From Orbicella franksi (Eukaryota): a DNA stretch of 64,000 bases. Positions 1-12,446 of this stretch are shown here, in pieces. A program made the translations under genes and the position numbers. The notes below the pieces were generated by a model that worked only from the letters and a program-made list of their open reading frames with translations, was not told the origin of the DNA and did not search any database. The stretch covers positions 27,094,001 to 27,158,000 of the forward strand of contig OZ116698.1 in assembly GCA_964199315.1 (NCBI GenBank), read 5' to 3'. Within the stretch, counting starts at the first letter, position 1, and each line of letters opens with the position of its first letter.

Positions 1-825
1 TCGTTTGAACGGCTCCACTGTAGTGGAGGAAAACGTACGCGTGGGTTACGTCATAGGATTCCTCACTTGTAAGGACCCGGATATAGGACAAAATCACACG
101 TTCATTGTCATTGGAAATTACTCCTCTGTCTTCCAGGTAACATAGCCATTGTACATCCACCTCAATTACGTTAAAAAATACAACTGAAAGAATGTCTGTT
201 GGTTGTACCACGATAGAACCGTAGAATAGAATGAGAAATTTTCAACTTGCTGAATTGTCTATTGATGATAACTTTCTTTACTACTTACAGTAGCTTTAAT
301 CAGGGCAGTAACCAGTAAGAGGCTACTTTTTTTTTCTTTTTAAAGGGGGAAAGTAAAACCCTGTTAAATACCTAGGAAGAGAATTTAACCATGGACATTG
401 CCTCAGTCATAATTTTTTCCTGGCTACAGCCCTGTTAGACCTTACTTTAAAACAGAGAGGGTATGGTTATGACTGATAGGAGGTTTAAGTGCTTTAATCA
501 GTCCTTAGATGTCTCTTCGTCTGTCTGTCTGTCTGTCTTATCGCCTCAGTTCCTCAATTTGGACTCGCATGGAATTGTAACCCAACATTTCATATCTTCT
601 CGTGTTGTATTGGGAAGTAATATATAAAACACGAAAGACCGTGTTTTAGCACATTTCCAAACACCGAGAAGAAAGTTGAAAATACGACGCCCGGTGGAGT
701 ATCTTTGACGATCGTCAAGGTGTTTGATGAAATTTGTGAGAAGAAAGGTGCCGTCTTGCTTCCAAAACTACCGGCAGCTTGAAGTTTCAAATTGACGTCT
801 AACTGATGCGTTTCATTTCATTCAG

Positions 826-2844
826 GTAAACAGCGACAACTACCTTGTCGTAAAAGACCCATCATACCTGAACTACGAGAACCTTCACCCGCCTGCAATC
901 CTCACAGTTACTATTCAAGCCACAGACCAGCCTCCCGAGGGAACAGGACCTTCACTTGACGTCACTAGTGACATCACAATCAACGTTCTGGACGTTAACG
1001 AGGCACCCCATGACATCAGACTAATACCCGAAAACGTCACTGTACCTGAAAATGTGTCCATTGGTTACTGCCTGGCCCAGGTGACGTCCACAAACCCCGA
1101 GCGCTCACAAAGAGTGCATTATACGCTTCTCAATTACCGAGATACGTTCTCCTTAGATGATAAATGCAGGGATAATTCTTCTGGTGTCAGTCAAGGAGAC
1201 AGTAAAAAGCCATACCTGACAGTCAAGTCACACCTCAGTTACAATGATTACGTCATTCGAGGCTATCAAATTTTGATAGAAGCCGAAGACAACGGAGATC
1301 CCCCGGAAGCGTTTAACGGCACGGTTAACATTCACGTGACCAAGGTTGACCCCTGCGCGTGGTCCTCGTGTCCCCCGGATTCCACGTGCAGTCGCGTTGG
1401 TTGGCAGAATTACACGTGCCCTTGCAACAAAGGGTTCAAGCGTGACGGCCTTAACTGCACTGAAATAGACGAGTGTGATCCGAATCCGTGCAGCCACGGC
1501 GGTACGTGCCATGATTACGTGAATTATTACAACTGCACCTGCCCCAGTGGATATCACAACGGCTCGGACTGTACGTTCATCAATTATTGCCTTTCAAACC
1601 CTTGTCAACACGACTCAACTTGCGACCCCCTCTTAAACAAATACAGATGCTATTGCTCAGTCGGTTATACAGGAAACCAATGCGAAACGAACATAGATGA
1701 CTGCGAGAAAGAGCCCTGCGCTGAGGGAACTTGTGTGGATGGAATTCACACCTTCACTTGCGACTGTGAGCCTGGATATTTTGGACCTCAATGTCAACGG
1801 AAGTCCGAGGAATGCAAGAAAAAAACATGCGAAGAACAAGAAATTTGTATACCACCAAACATCAGAAAGTACAATTCAACGCAATGTATTCCGAACGATT
1901 TCATTATCTCTTTGGAGTTCCCTGAAGGCGAGAACATCTCCAGTCCGCATTGGCAATATCGGCTTGAAGAGTGGATACTAGGACTTGATCCATTACTGCT
2001 CGGGCAAATAACAGACGATGAAGATGATTCCACGATGGTTAATGTTAATGATGTTTTTATCGTCAGTCCAAGTATGGAACACGAAGCCAAAGTCAAGAGA
2101 AGTGCAGAGGAAGAGAAATCTTCACCGGTGGATTTTATTGTGCTTGTGTATTCGGATGAAAAGAATAAATTCCTCCCAGTTCCTCCGGATATAATTTTGT
2201 GCGGTATGAACAACACGTGCATCGCTAATGGATTTACATCGGACGCAGGAACTGATGACTTTAACTATAAACTGTGCAAGTCAACGGCCAACAAAGTTGA
2301 CTATCTGGGTATACCATCTTGCGTTGTTAAAGAACCCAAAGACGCGCTTCTTAAAAACCAGAAGCACTCAACGCGCATGCGGTTGTACTATGTCGTCGGC
2401 GGCATCGGGGGGCTCCTGTTGATTGTCATAATTACAGGGGTCATACTATGCCGACGAAATACTCTAAGCGAGAAGCAGCGCAAATGTATCACACAGGAGC
2501 GCCATAGAGAAAGTGATGACAGCTACACTGACACCATGTACCGGCATCACATGGCCAATCAACAGCTAGGAGACGAACCTGGAACTCTCAATCCCATATA
2601 CGGCAACGCGGAGGAGGAGGTGGTTTCGCAACTTCACATGGTGGACAACCCGCTCTACCTGGAGCCTGACGCAGGGCAGCCGACAGTGAAACGTTCAGAA
2701 TCCGCACGTGGTTTTAATAATCCAATGTACCGTGCTAGCATAACCCCAGAAAACCAGCAAATAGGTGAGGGTAAAGATGATGAAGAAGAAGAGGCCCCTA
2801 AGTCTACCGGGTTCGCCAATCCCATGTTTACGTCCTACAGAGAG
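826..2844 (+). CDS. Large internal exon of an atypical (Fat-like) cadherin: cadherin repeats, 4-5 EGF repeats, TM helix, NPxY cytoplasmic tail; 5' exons lie outside the window
   Basis: Acceptor ttcatttcattcag|GTA at 826, in frame with ORF 1054-2856. Cadherin motifs LNYE and VLDVNEAP; EGF motifs IDECDPNPCSHGGTC and IDDCEKEPC; TM LYYVVGGIGGLLLIVIITGVILC. Donor GAG|GTGAGG after 2844; unspliced stop at 2856. Confidence 0.9.
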
Positions 2845-2870
2845 GTGAGGATTTAGATGTTAATGAGTAA

Positions 2871-2960
2871 AGCCTGGTTCACAGTAGCGACTAAACGACA
2901 TAATGACATAACAGCACAACGTCCCTCTTATATCGTTTGGTCGCTAGTGTGAACTAGGCT
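2871..2960. mobile_element. Small MITE-like foldback in the cadherin intron
   Basis: Imperfect ~33-bp inverted repeats agcctggttcacagtagcgactaaacgacataa / ttatatcgtttggtcgctagtgtgaactaggct. Confidence 0.6.
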
Positions 2961-3572
2961 AAACTGTTCTCCTCGAGTGATACACTAGTCTTAATTTCTG
3001 ATCGTCCTTTATTTGTTTAAATGTTAGTTCGGAGAATTTGTTAAGACGCCACTTGGACTCTCCGTTGCACTTATCTCGTCTGTTGAAAACGTGTCCTTGA
3101 AACTACTGAATAAAATTGTTTATTGAAAATTAAACAATCAAATTCCCCAGGAAAGGAACAGGTTTCTGCAATGATTTCCGAAACTCCGAAAGTATTTACC
3201 CAGTCAACATTCATGCCTTCTTGTAGACGATTTTCCGGGATCCGATAATGGGAAAAGATCTCTCGAGTGACCAAAGAGGGAGAAAAGCATCCGATGTTTC
3301 TCAAATAAGAAACAATGAAGCCCGTTGAGCCTGTCAAATGAAGTCTTCGAAACAACGACAGAATGAATGAATGCAATTATGGCACTGAGCGGATTCTTAT
3401 TTGAATCAATTTTGAAATTCTTTCTCAATCGCTGTAAGGAGATTTGGAAGATTTTAAATTTACTTAGTTTTTGTCGTTGTTTTTAGTTCCCTTTTCAAAG
3501 ATGTGCTAGCTTCATAACAACGTCGTGACTAAAATTATAAATGTCTTACCCAATATCTTGCCCTTTCTCCAG

Positions 3573-3861
3573 GAAAAGAAGAAATCTGAAGCAAAGCAAG
3601 ACGAAAGTGCGCTCTACTCTGTTCCAATCAAACCGGGTAAACCAGATGCCAAGGAGACGAAGGCACCAATCTACGACACCCCCCAGAAACCGGATAAACC
3701 TGTTGTCCAGGAGCCTGAAGATAACCAGGCTCCCGGTTTCTTTAATCCTTTGTACCAGACTCGCAGGGAGGTAGAACAATTCCCCGAAGATATATCCAGC
3801 ATTTTTGACAGGCCCACTCCCCCACCAGTACAAGCACTTGATGATGACGACCACGGGCAGA
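3573..3861 (+). CDS. Next exon of the cadherin-EGF gene (cytoplasmic tail extension)
   Basis: Acceptor ccctttctccag|GAA is phase 0, matching the donor at 2844. It encodes APGFFNPLYQTRRE, which echoes STGFANPMFTSYRE of the previous exon. Donor A|GTGAGT at 3862; unspliced stop at 3872. Confidence 0.75.
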
Positions 3862-3973
3862 GTGAGTGCTAAGGGAGTTGATTGCCCTGACTGTCAAAGC
3901 CATTTTTTTTCCAAAGATAACTTAGTTAATATTTTAATTTCGGATTGAAATTTGATTTCTTTTTTGATAACAG

Positions 3974-4062
3974 ACCACAGGATCAAAACTATGCTTCCTC
4001 TTAAAAATTATGATCAAGAATCAAAAAGGTTAATTAGCCACTGTGGGGGCTTGAAAAGATGA
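3974..4062 (+). CDS. Possible terminal exon of the cadherin-EGF gene
   Basis: Acceptor tttttgataacag| fits the phase-1 donor at 3861 and stays open to TGA at 4062. There is no motif support and an alternative AG lies 7 nt downstream. Confidence 0.3.
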
Positions 4063-6114
4063 CTTTTCGAGCGCTATTCCCTTACCCCTTTCACTTGCAA
4101 CCCTTCACTCCCACAAAGGGCTAACACAACCGTGTTTAATGTGCCTTTATCAAACTTATCAGCTTCAATTTTTAATGAAAAAGGTGTTAACATTACCCGC
4201 AGACGCAGTGCGAAAGCTTTTGAAGATAAAAAAAGACATGTATCAACACATGCTGAAACTAATGTTCTAAAATTGAAGCTGTAGTGATGATCAACCGTTC
4301 GGTCCAAAAATTTCATTGCGACTAGTGGTCATTAGTGTCTCTGCTTATTTTTTCTTACTTATCAGAGAAACGTGACATCTATGTCATTACTACAGTGGCG
4401 GATCCAATTAGATATACACAGGGAGGGGTTTACCTTCCCACCTTAATTTTAAGGCTCGAAGGGGCGGAAAAAATTTGGGGCCCCACCATATAAAGTGATC
4501 TGGATCCCCAGTGTATTACGTAGGCTTTAGGTTTAAATCTCAGACGTCGATTCGACTCAGAGATGAAGAAACTGATACGGTGTTAGAAGATCATATTTTC
4601 CTCAGGGTTTTATAGAGAAAGAGAGTAAAAGATGTATAATATTGTTTGATTAATTGCCCTGAGAAATCATACTTGTTGATTAAATCGCGCTTTCATGCGA
4701 TCGGTTTTTGAGAAAGAAATAATATACTAGTAATACAAAAAAGGTTAGTGCAAATGCAATAAGCATTGCAAACAACGACTGTATTTTATAAATGCAGTTT
4801 AATACTAACACACTTGTGACTTCCATTGACAGGCTAGACGAGTTTCAACTGACATGACAAAGCTGACAGCTAACACGTTTAAAACCATTGTAATGGCTTA
4901 TGCTACAGCTTTAATGGACATTCTCGGACAACACAGTGGAATGCGTTATGCTGGCTGTCGATAGCCACATAAATTAATTAGTTCTTTCTTCTTATAATTA
5001 ATATTTTCAAATAATCCCTCAATATTCTTTGATTTGCACTCAGTTCCGTCGTCGTTAATAATCATTTGGTGATAACGTTTAATGCAAAATGCTTTGTAGT
5101 TTTTAATCTCGCTGACGAGAGTCAATAACCAATATTGTTTAATTGTTATTCGGGATTATATGACGACCCTCTCTGGGGAGAGTAAAGTATAGGTTTAAGA
5201 GAAGAATATTATTGGAGAGACGTTCGTCCGCTTTGAATTTATTACATTTAATCAAATTAATTTGAATTCAAGTCATAACGAAATTATCTCTAATGAAGTG
5301 AATCAATTAAGCACAAAATACCGTTTCATTATGATTTGTTTGCGAAGACAGTATTATTAAGGCTGGGGCTATGTCAATACTGTGCTTGTTATCGGTGTAA
5401 ACTGAAGGCGATAGGTTAAAATATGAAAGAAAACTGATGGACTCGAGTGGCAGTGCTCGTGATTCCAAGATTGGCACTAGCACTGTGGCAGTGAAGAAAC
5501 GTGTAAGTTTGCTACATTTAGCGTATACCTTTTTGCCTCGGAGAAAGTAGACACGAAGTCAAACGAAGATTTCCGATCGACGTTCGGTCGCTTTCGGACA
5601 TTCCTTTAGCAAGTTGTACTTCTTTGGTGACATGGCCCCTTTTCTACTTGTCTATCGCTTAATAGAATCCTTGTAGAGTACAACAAAAATAGTTGTGTTA
5701 TTTCCAGCTGACTTTTTTCATCATAATACAATGAATATGCAATGCATCCAAATCATTGATATGGGCTTGGGCTTAAAAACAAATAATTTAATATAATTAA
5801 GTGTTAAAATGTGTGGCTGGAACTCATGATTAAATTAATATTGTACAATGATTATTTAGACTATTTAGGTAATTTGTAAAATTTAATGAAACAATAAATG
5901 ATCCTTTCAATAAATAGAAGTTTGGTCTTGTGTTCATAGGTGGGTGTTAACCATTTGCCTAAGAACCCAGCTAGTGTTACTTCCATGTAAGCATTATTTC
6001 TCATAATAAGTCAATCCCAAAGGCCGAGTTGATGAAAAACCTCTTTCGTTAAGCAAGCACTTAAAGAGCTTTATTGTTTTAAACGTTTGATTTGGGATTA
6101 ATAGCAATCAATAG

Positions 6115-7000
6115 GTAATTTTTTTGTGGATATCAAGATAGAAAACTTTCAGTTAAAACGTCATCTCTCGATGGTAGAATCTCATCTCTTTAACGGGTGA
6201 AAAAGAGAATGATGTCAAACATCGGCCATGTTACTCTAATATGGCCGCCATTTTAAAACGAAGTCCAACATCTCAGGTCTAATAACGTTTTTCTTAGTAC
6301 CTTGCTAGTTTTTGTCTTCACGTGAAGACAGTCTAATCTCGCCTGGGACTTAATCTCTCGATATTAGAATCCCATCTCTTTCAGGGGTTAAAAAGAGGAT
6401 GATGTCAAACGACAGCCATGTAAGTCTAACATGGCCGCCATCTGGAAACAAAGTGTAACGTCTTCGGTTTAATAACTTTTTATGTCAGAGCTTGGTAGTT
6501 TTTTTTTGTGGATATCAAGATATAAAACTTTCACGTAAAACCTCATCTCTGGATGGTAGAATCAAACCTCTTAAACGGGTGAAAAAGAGAATGATGTCAA
6601 ACATGCATGGGCCATGTTACTCTAATATGGCCGCGCGGTGGCCTCATGGTTAGTGCGCTCGTCTCCGGATCGAGCGGTCTGGGTTCGAGGCCTGGCCGGG
6701 GACATTGTGTTGTGTTCTCGGGCAAGACACTTCACTCTCACAGTGCCTCTCTCCACCCAGGTGTAGAAATGGGTACCGGCGAACTTAATGCTGGGGGTAA
6801 CCCTGCGATGGACTAGCATCCCATCCAGAGGGGAGTAGAAATACTCCTAGTCGCTTCATGCTACAGAAACCGGGATAAGCTCCGGCCTGATGGGCCACTT
6901 GGCTCGTATGCAGACTTTACCTTTTTACCTCTTTTAGGGGTTAAAAAGAGGGTGATGTCAAAAAACAGCCATGTAAGTCTAATATAGCCGCCATCTTGAA
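6115..7000. repeat. Degenerate ~190-bp tandem repeat (4 units), interrupted by a SINE
   Basis: The motif aaaaagag(a/g)atgatgtcaaa...gccatgt...ctaa.atggccgcc recurs near 6200, 6390, 6580 and 6945. Confidence 0.7.
6632..6930 (+). mobile_element. tRNA-derived SINE
   Basis: tRNA-like head with A-box (tggcctcatggttagtgcgct) and B-box-like (ggttcgaggcc), a body, and a (TTTACC)n-like tail gcagactttacctttttacct. Confidence 0.8.
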
Positions 7001-7920
7001 ACGCTTTCAGTCTGATCATGATAGGAAGTTTAAGAAAACCACGATGGAAACGGCAACGGGAACGTCGCTAAACAAAAGATTTAATGAGGAGAACAATGGC
7101 TGTGCACGAGCGTTATAATTCTTCGTACATTTCTTTACCGTCCTGGGCAAAACAACAACGTGAAATGACCAAATTCTGCGTTTTCTGAAGAACGTGAACC
7201 ACGACTGCTAATTTTTTAAATTTCTATTTCAAGGTTATCGCTATGTCCCAGCTTCAGTTTCGTGAAAGTTTTGCCAGTGATAAACAAAGTAAATAACTTT
7301 ATAGTACCGCGAGATTCGTAGATATAATATATAAAATCATTTGGAAAGATTTCCGTATAACCCCATACATTTATTATGCATGCAGAATTATTAATTATGT
7401 ATGCGCTCTATTGTTTTTGAAGACAATAGCAACTCCCTAAGGCATTGAATATATACATTGATAATTACTACTTACTGTGTGAACAAAAGAGGATTTGATT
7501 GCGCGCTGTGGCGCGCTATTGCGCGTTGTCTTTTCGCCGATTCTCTTCTTCCCCTAGCTCCCCTCTTCCCTCTTCCCTCTTTTTCTTCTCCATGTTACCC
7601 AGGTTCCTTACGGATTTTTTTTCCTTTTTTTTTCTTGTATCCCATCAGGTCTCGAACCACTTACCTTTCGCACACCTCTCGCTTACCAGTCTCTCTTCTA
7701 CACCACTACACTACGAGGTTCAGTTGAGAATTACCCCTCCAAAAATAATTTTTATTTTACTTGACTAGTTCGCATTCCAAAAAATTAACATTACAATTTA
7801 CTTATTCATGTGTTTAACGCATGTTGCACGCTGCACGAAAACATGCATCGCATGTGCGGGTCCCTGGTGAATAAAAGGTGGGGGGGTGGGGGGTGATTTC
7901 TTTCTTTCTCCCAATCGCTT

Positions 7921-8154
7921 CTCACAGTCAACCACAGCCTAAACTTCGTAGAACCAGACAGAGGTGCGCACACTAAGCGCATTGAAAATACATGGTGGGG
8001 AGTCAAATGAAGTATGCCTCGTACAGGAACATCTAAAGATCTCTTCGAAAGCTATCTACAGGAATGGTCGTGGCGTCAGCACTATGGAGATGATCCTTTT
8101 GGAAACATTATCAAGCATATCGCCGACTTATACGAAGTGCGCAAAGATGCGTAA
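7921..8154 (+). pseudogene. Merlin/ISXO2-like transposase C-terminal remnant, copy 1
   Basis: My translation: LTVNHSLNFVEPDRGAHTKRIENTWWGVK*SMPRTGTSKDLFESYLQEWSWRQHYGDDPFGNIIKHIADLY. This matches the TVNHS.NFVDP..GAHTQ.IES.W hallmark; in-frame TGA at 8008-8010. Confidence 0.85.
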
Positions 8155-9379
8155 AGTGTTCCTCGTACCACTGTATGCACAGGTCGTGATCTGATCGCCA
8201 CTTCATGGAGGAAAGAAACAAAATAGGCAAGATTTCCGTATAACCCCATACATTTATTATGCATACAGCTCTTTGTTTAACTGAACAATAGCGAAAACAA
8301 TAGCGCTCCTTTGAGACTTATCTGATTTGAATAACTCTAAATTTTACCATTTTTTTCTAAGTGTCGCATACTTTTAGACTTAGATTTTTTTTCGAATTTT
8401 CTATCTAAAATACGCAAAAACGGAACGATTTCTTGGAGACTTAGAATAATTTTTCGAGTTTTAGGTCTAAATTACGGAAAACCGAAACGAAATATCATAA
8501 TTTTGGGCGCATTTACCGTGTTTGTAAACTGAGCGCAGGCTTAAAACTGCTTAAAATAATAGCGATTTAGACCTGTTCGCTAGTTTAAAAAAGCTTAAAA
8601 TACTGTTTTAGGCCTAAGCAAAACCGGCTGCTTGCGGTTAGCTATAATCTTTTGCGCGGGTTAGCGACTATTATACTAATTTTTGTAAATGTAAACAAAG
8701 TGAAATAAAATTCTAGCTTACCTGCCGCGTCTCTCCGCGTTTTTTTCCCTTTGATTTCCTTCCTCGAATTCAGACCCATGCGATGAAGCTGTATATTTTG
8801 TGGAAAGATTTCCGTATAACCCCATACATTTATTATGCATGCAGAATTATTAATTATGTATGCGCTCTATTGTTTTTGAAGACAATAGCAACTCCCTAAG
8901 GCATTGAATATATACATTGATAATTACTACTTACTGTGTGAACAAAAGAGGATTTGATTGCGCGCTGTGGCGCGCTATTGCGCGTTGTCTTTTCGCCGAT
9001 TCTCTTCTTCCCCTAGCTCCCCTCTTCCCTCTTCCCTCTTTTTCTTCTCCATGTTACCCAGGTTCCTTACGGATTTTTTTTCCTTTTTTTTTCTTGTATC
9101 CCATCAGGTCTCGAACCACTTACCTTTCGCACACCTCTCGCTTACCAGTCTCTCTTCTACACCACTACACTACGAGGTTCAGTTGAGAATTACCCCTCCA
9201 AAAATAATTTTTATTTTACTTGACTAGTTCGCATTCCAAAAAATTAACATTACAATTTACTTATTCATGTGTTTAACGCATGTTGCACGCTGCACGAAAA
9301 CATGCATCGCATGTGCGGGTCCCTGGTGAATAAAAGGTGGGGGGGTGGGGGGTGATTTCTTTCTTTCTCCCAATCGCTT

Positions 9380-9613
9380 CTCACAGTCAACCACAGCCTA
9401 AACTTCGTAGAACCAGACAGAGGTGCGCACACTAAGCGCATTGAAAATACATGGTGGGGAGTCAAATGAAGTATGCCTCGTACAGGAACATCTAAAGATC
9501 TCTTCGAAAGCTATCTACAGGAATGGTCGTGGCGTCAGCACTATGGAGATGATCCTTTTGGAAACATTATCAAGCATATCGCCGACTTATACGAAGTGCG
9601 CAAAGATGCGTAA
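9380..9613 (+). pseudogene. Merlin/ISXO2-like transposase remnant, copy 2
   Basis: Copy of 7921-8154 at offset +1459; the ORF-track translations of the two copies are identical. Confidence 0.85.
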
Positions 9614-11836
9614 AGTGTTCCTCGTACCACTGTATGCACAGGTCGTGATCTGATCGCCACTTCATGGAGGAAAGAAACAAAATATACAGCTTCATCGCAT
9701 GGGTCTGAATTCGAGGAAGGAAATCAAAGGGAAAAAAACGCGGAGAGACGCGGCAGGTAAGCTAGAATTTTATTTCACTTTGTTTACATTTACAAAAATT
9801 AGTATAATAGTCGCTAACCCGCGCAAAAGATTATAGCTAACCGCAAGCAGCCGGTTTTGCTTAGGCCTAAAACAGTATTTTAAGCTTTTTTAAACTAGCG
9901 AACAGGTCTAAATCGCTATTATTTTAAGCAGTTTTAAGCCTGCGCTCAGTTTACAAACACGGTAAATGCGCCCAAAATTATGATATTTCGTTTCGGTTTT
10001 CCGTAATTTAGACCTAAAACTCGAAAAATTATTCTAAGTCTCCAAGAAATCGTTCCGTTTTTGCGTATTTTAGATAGAAAATTCGAAAAAAAATCTAAGT
10101 CTAAAAGTATGCGACACTTAGAAAAAAATGGTAAAATTTAGAGTTATTCAAATCAGATAAGTCTCAAAGGAGCGCTATTGTTTTCGCTATTGTTCAGTTA
10201 AACAAAGAGCTGTATGCATAATAAATGTATGGGGTTATACGGAAATCTTGCCACATTCTGTTTGGTACACCTTCATGTCTTATCTTATTATCTAGTCGCA
10301 CTGTAAAACAATTCACAACCTAAGACTTTAGCTTACCTTCTTTCAAACCCTGACCAAGTGCGAGCGGACCGTACGGTGTGAAAAACTCAACTTCTCCACA
10401 TTCCACCTCCTGGCTCCGACTTGCAAAACAGTAAAGCACGTGAGCTTATGTTTCACTCCAGCTAACATCACCGTTTCAAACCCTTGTAAAATAAAGATAA
10501 AACCTTTGGAATTTACCTACACGTTACTTTCCACGAAACTTTCCACCATGTTTCCTGGAGCACGTGAACGAACTAAACTCGCAAAGATCAGTGGGAGATA
10601 GCTCGAGTGACGGGGAGGGGACAGGATAGATTGCAAGGAAAAAAAAATACGACTTGGCGGAAGTGTAGGGTCTTAATGAGCTAAAAGTATAGCTGCGAAA
10701 AGAACCGATTCCCGGAGACCGAACTGGGAAGATCTAAAAAAGAATATAATTTTAATATGTACATTTTAATTTGAGGTGGATCATATTTATCTGACTGTTA
10801 CGCGAATTAACGCGCGGTCTCTGAGCGAAAGCTTTGGAGCTTTTAACTGACAAAACAAACAAGAAAAGAAAGCTACGGAGTGATCAATCCGTGGCAAACC
10901 GTGAGCAAAATCCGGAGAAAGACGCTTAAAAGACGCCTCACATGCACGCGCGCTTCGCGAGAAGATCAATGCCTCGCCCCTGGTGCTTCGCGCCAAACCG
11001 AATGCGAAGAACGACTGTTTTGCAGACTAAAATTTCCCTCCCACTGAAATGAGAATGCGCCATTTATATTTTCCATCACTGGAATGTGTCAGGAGGAGGC
11101 GGTCCAGGGTATATGATAACGAAAAGAGATTAAGACATTTTCATTTGAAATCATTGCCGGCTGTACCCTTTTATTAACCCTCGACTGGTAGATTTTTCAA
11201 AACAAGAGGGCAATCTAGATGTCGTTTTATTTATGTATCAGTTAAAGTGATAAGTGCACGAAAACTTCATTTGAACATGCAAACTAACATCAATTCCCTT
11301 ACACTTTGAGTTATACATTTAGAAAAGGAGATGATTCCAATCTCCAAATCGAAAATATTTTCTGAGTCGTGTAGAACACACCCCTAGCAAATTTGGTTGC
11401 AATGCAAGACCCGCACAAGAAGTGGTCTCTCTTTCAGTAAACTGATCCAGTTGCGTCATCTACAGATGGTACACGTGCTACGTGAAGTTACAAGGATTGA
11501 AATAAAGAGCCTAGAAACTAGCCAAGCAAATAATGAAAACTGAAAACCACGTTATCAGATCCAAAAACCGAAAACCGGACGCTGAAACAGGGAAAAAACT
11601 GACAAAAAGCCGAAATGGATACCAAAACCGAAAGAGACACTGATACATCATCTCTCGCAACTCTTTACCCCATGTTACGTGGTGGAGTGAGAATATTCGA
11701 TATTAAATCACAACATATTAAACGCTGGAAAGCACCGCTTGAAGAGCTTTATTGAAACGCGGAATCAATTCTGACTAGCGCGTAACTTAGATACACGAAA
11801 ACGAACGTTTGAAAAAAAACCCGTTCCATTCGATTC

Positions 11837-12446
11837 ATGATGCGGTGGGCTGCTGTAACTCTAGTGATAGGGACTATCCTTGTTGTTTTGACGCCCTCAA
11901 ACGCGTGGTGGAGTAGTCGGCGAAGACGAAGCTGTTCCCCCGTCAACTGCAGGGTGAGCGCCTGGAGCACTTGGAATACATGCACTCGATCGTGCGGCGG
12001 TGGGTTAACTTCGCGCACGCGGACAAAAACGAGCACGGAATATTGTGGAAGGAGTTGCCATTACCGTTTGCTAGAAACGAAAATATGCAATACGGACTGC
12101 TGTCCCTTCAACTGTGTTTACACGTGGAGTGCGTGGAGTAAGTGTGCTACATGTGGAAACTCTACCCAGCACCGGTCGCCGAATATCATATAGACTACGA
12201 GTAGTCCCTCTTTCGTTTAGTACGTCGTGCGTGACGCGAAAGAAATGGCCGCGCGAAATCCTGGGGGCTAGGAGCGCGCCTCCAGGATTTCGCGCGGCCA
12301 TTTTTTTTCTCGCGGTTTTCTTTCGCGTCACGCACGACGGACTAAGCAAAAGAGGGACTACTCGTAGTCTAAATATAATAACACAAAGTTCCTGCAACGG
12401 AACGTGCCCCGTGAATGAAACACGGTCTTGCAACACTTCAGTGTAA
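11837..12446 (+). pseudogene. Cassette V1: signal peptide-WWSSRRRR-2xTSR, disrupted by a MITE
   Basis: ATG at 11837. The MITE at 12191 supplies an in-frame TAG; the remainder TQSSCNGTCPVNETRSCNTSV is intact to 12446. Donor GTAAGT at 12443. Confidence 0.88.
12191..12371. mobile_element. 181-bp foldback MITE with 9-bp target-site duplication
   Basis: TIRs tagactacgagtagtccctc... / ...gagggactactcgtagtcta, plus a nested hairpin. Flanked by aatatcata / aatataata; the empty site is seen in V3 and V6. Confidence 0.9.

Larger units (their letters stand above)
7343..10252 (+). mobile_element. Rearranged non-autonomous Merlin (IS1016/ISXO2-like) DNA transposon, arranged U-T-U-T'
   Basis: ~39-bp terminal inverted repeats starting GGAAA/GGCAA (GGNRM). 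884-bp direct repeat 7342-8225 = 8801-9684. 576-bp inverted repeat 8226-8801 / 9677-10252. Contains ISXO2-type transposase remnants. Confidence 0.88.

Noticed and set aside
7458-9653. Duplicated ORFs of 66-89 aa in the Merlin U repeat
   Set aside because: They are low-complexity or off-frame. The real coding remnant is the stop-interrupted transposase frame at 7921 and 9380.
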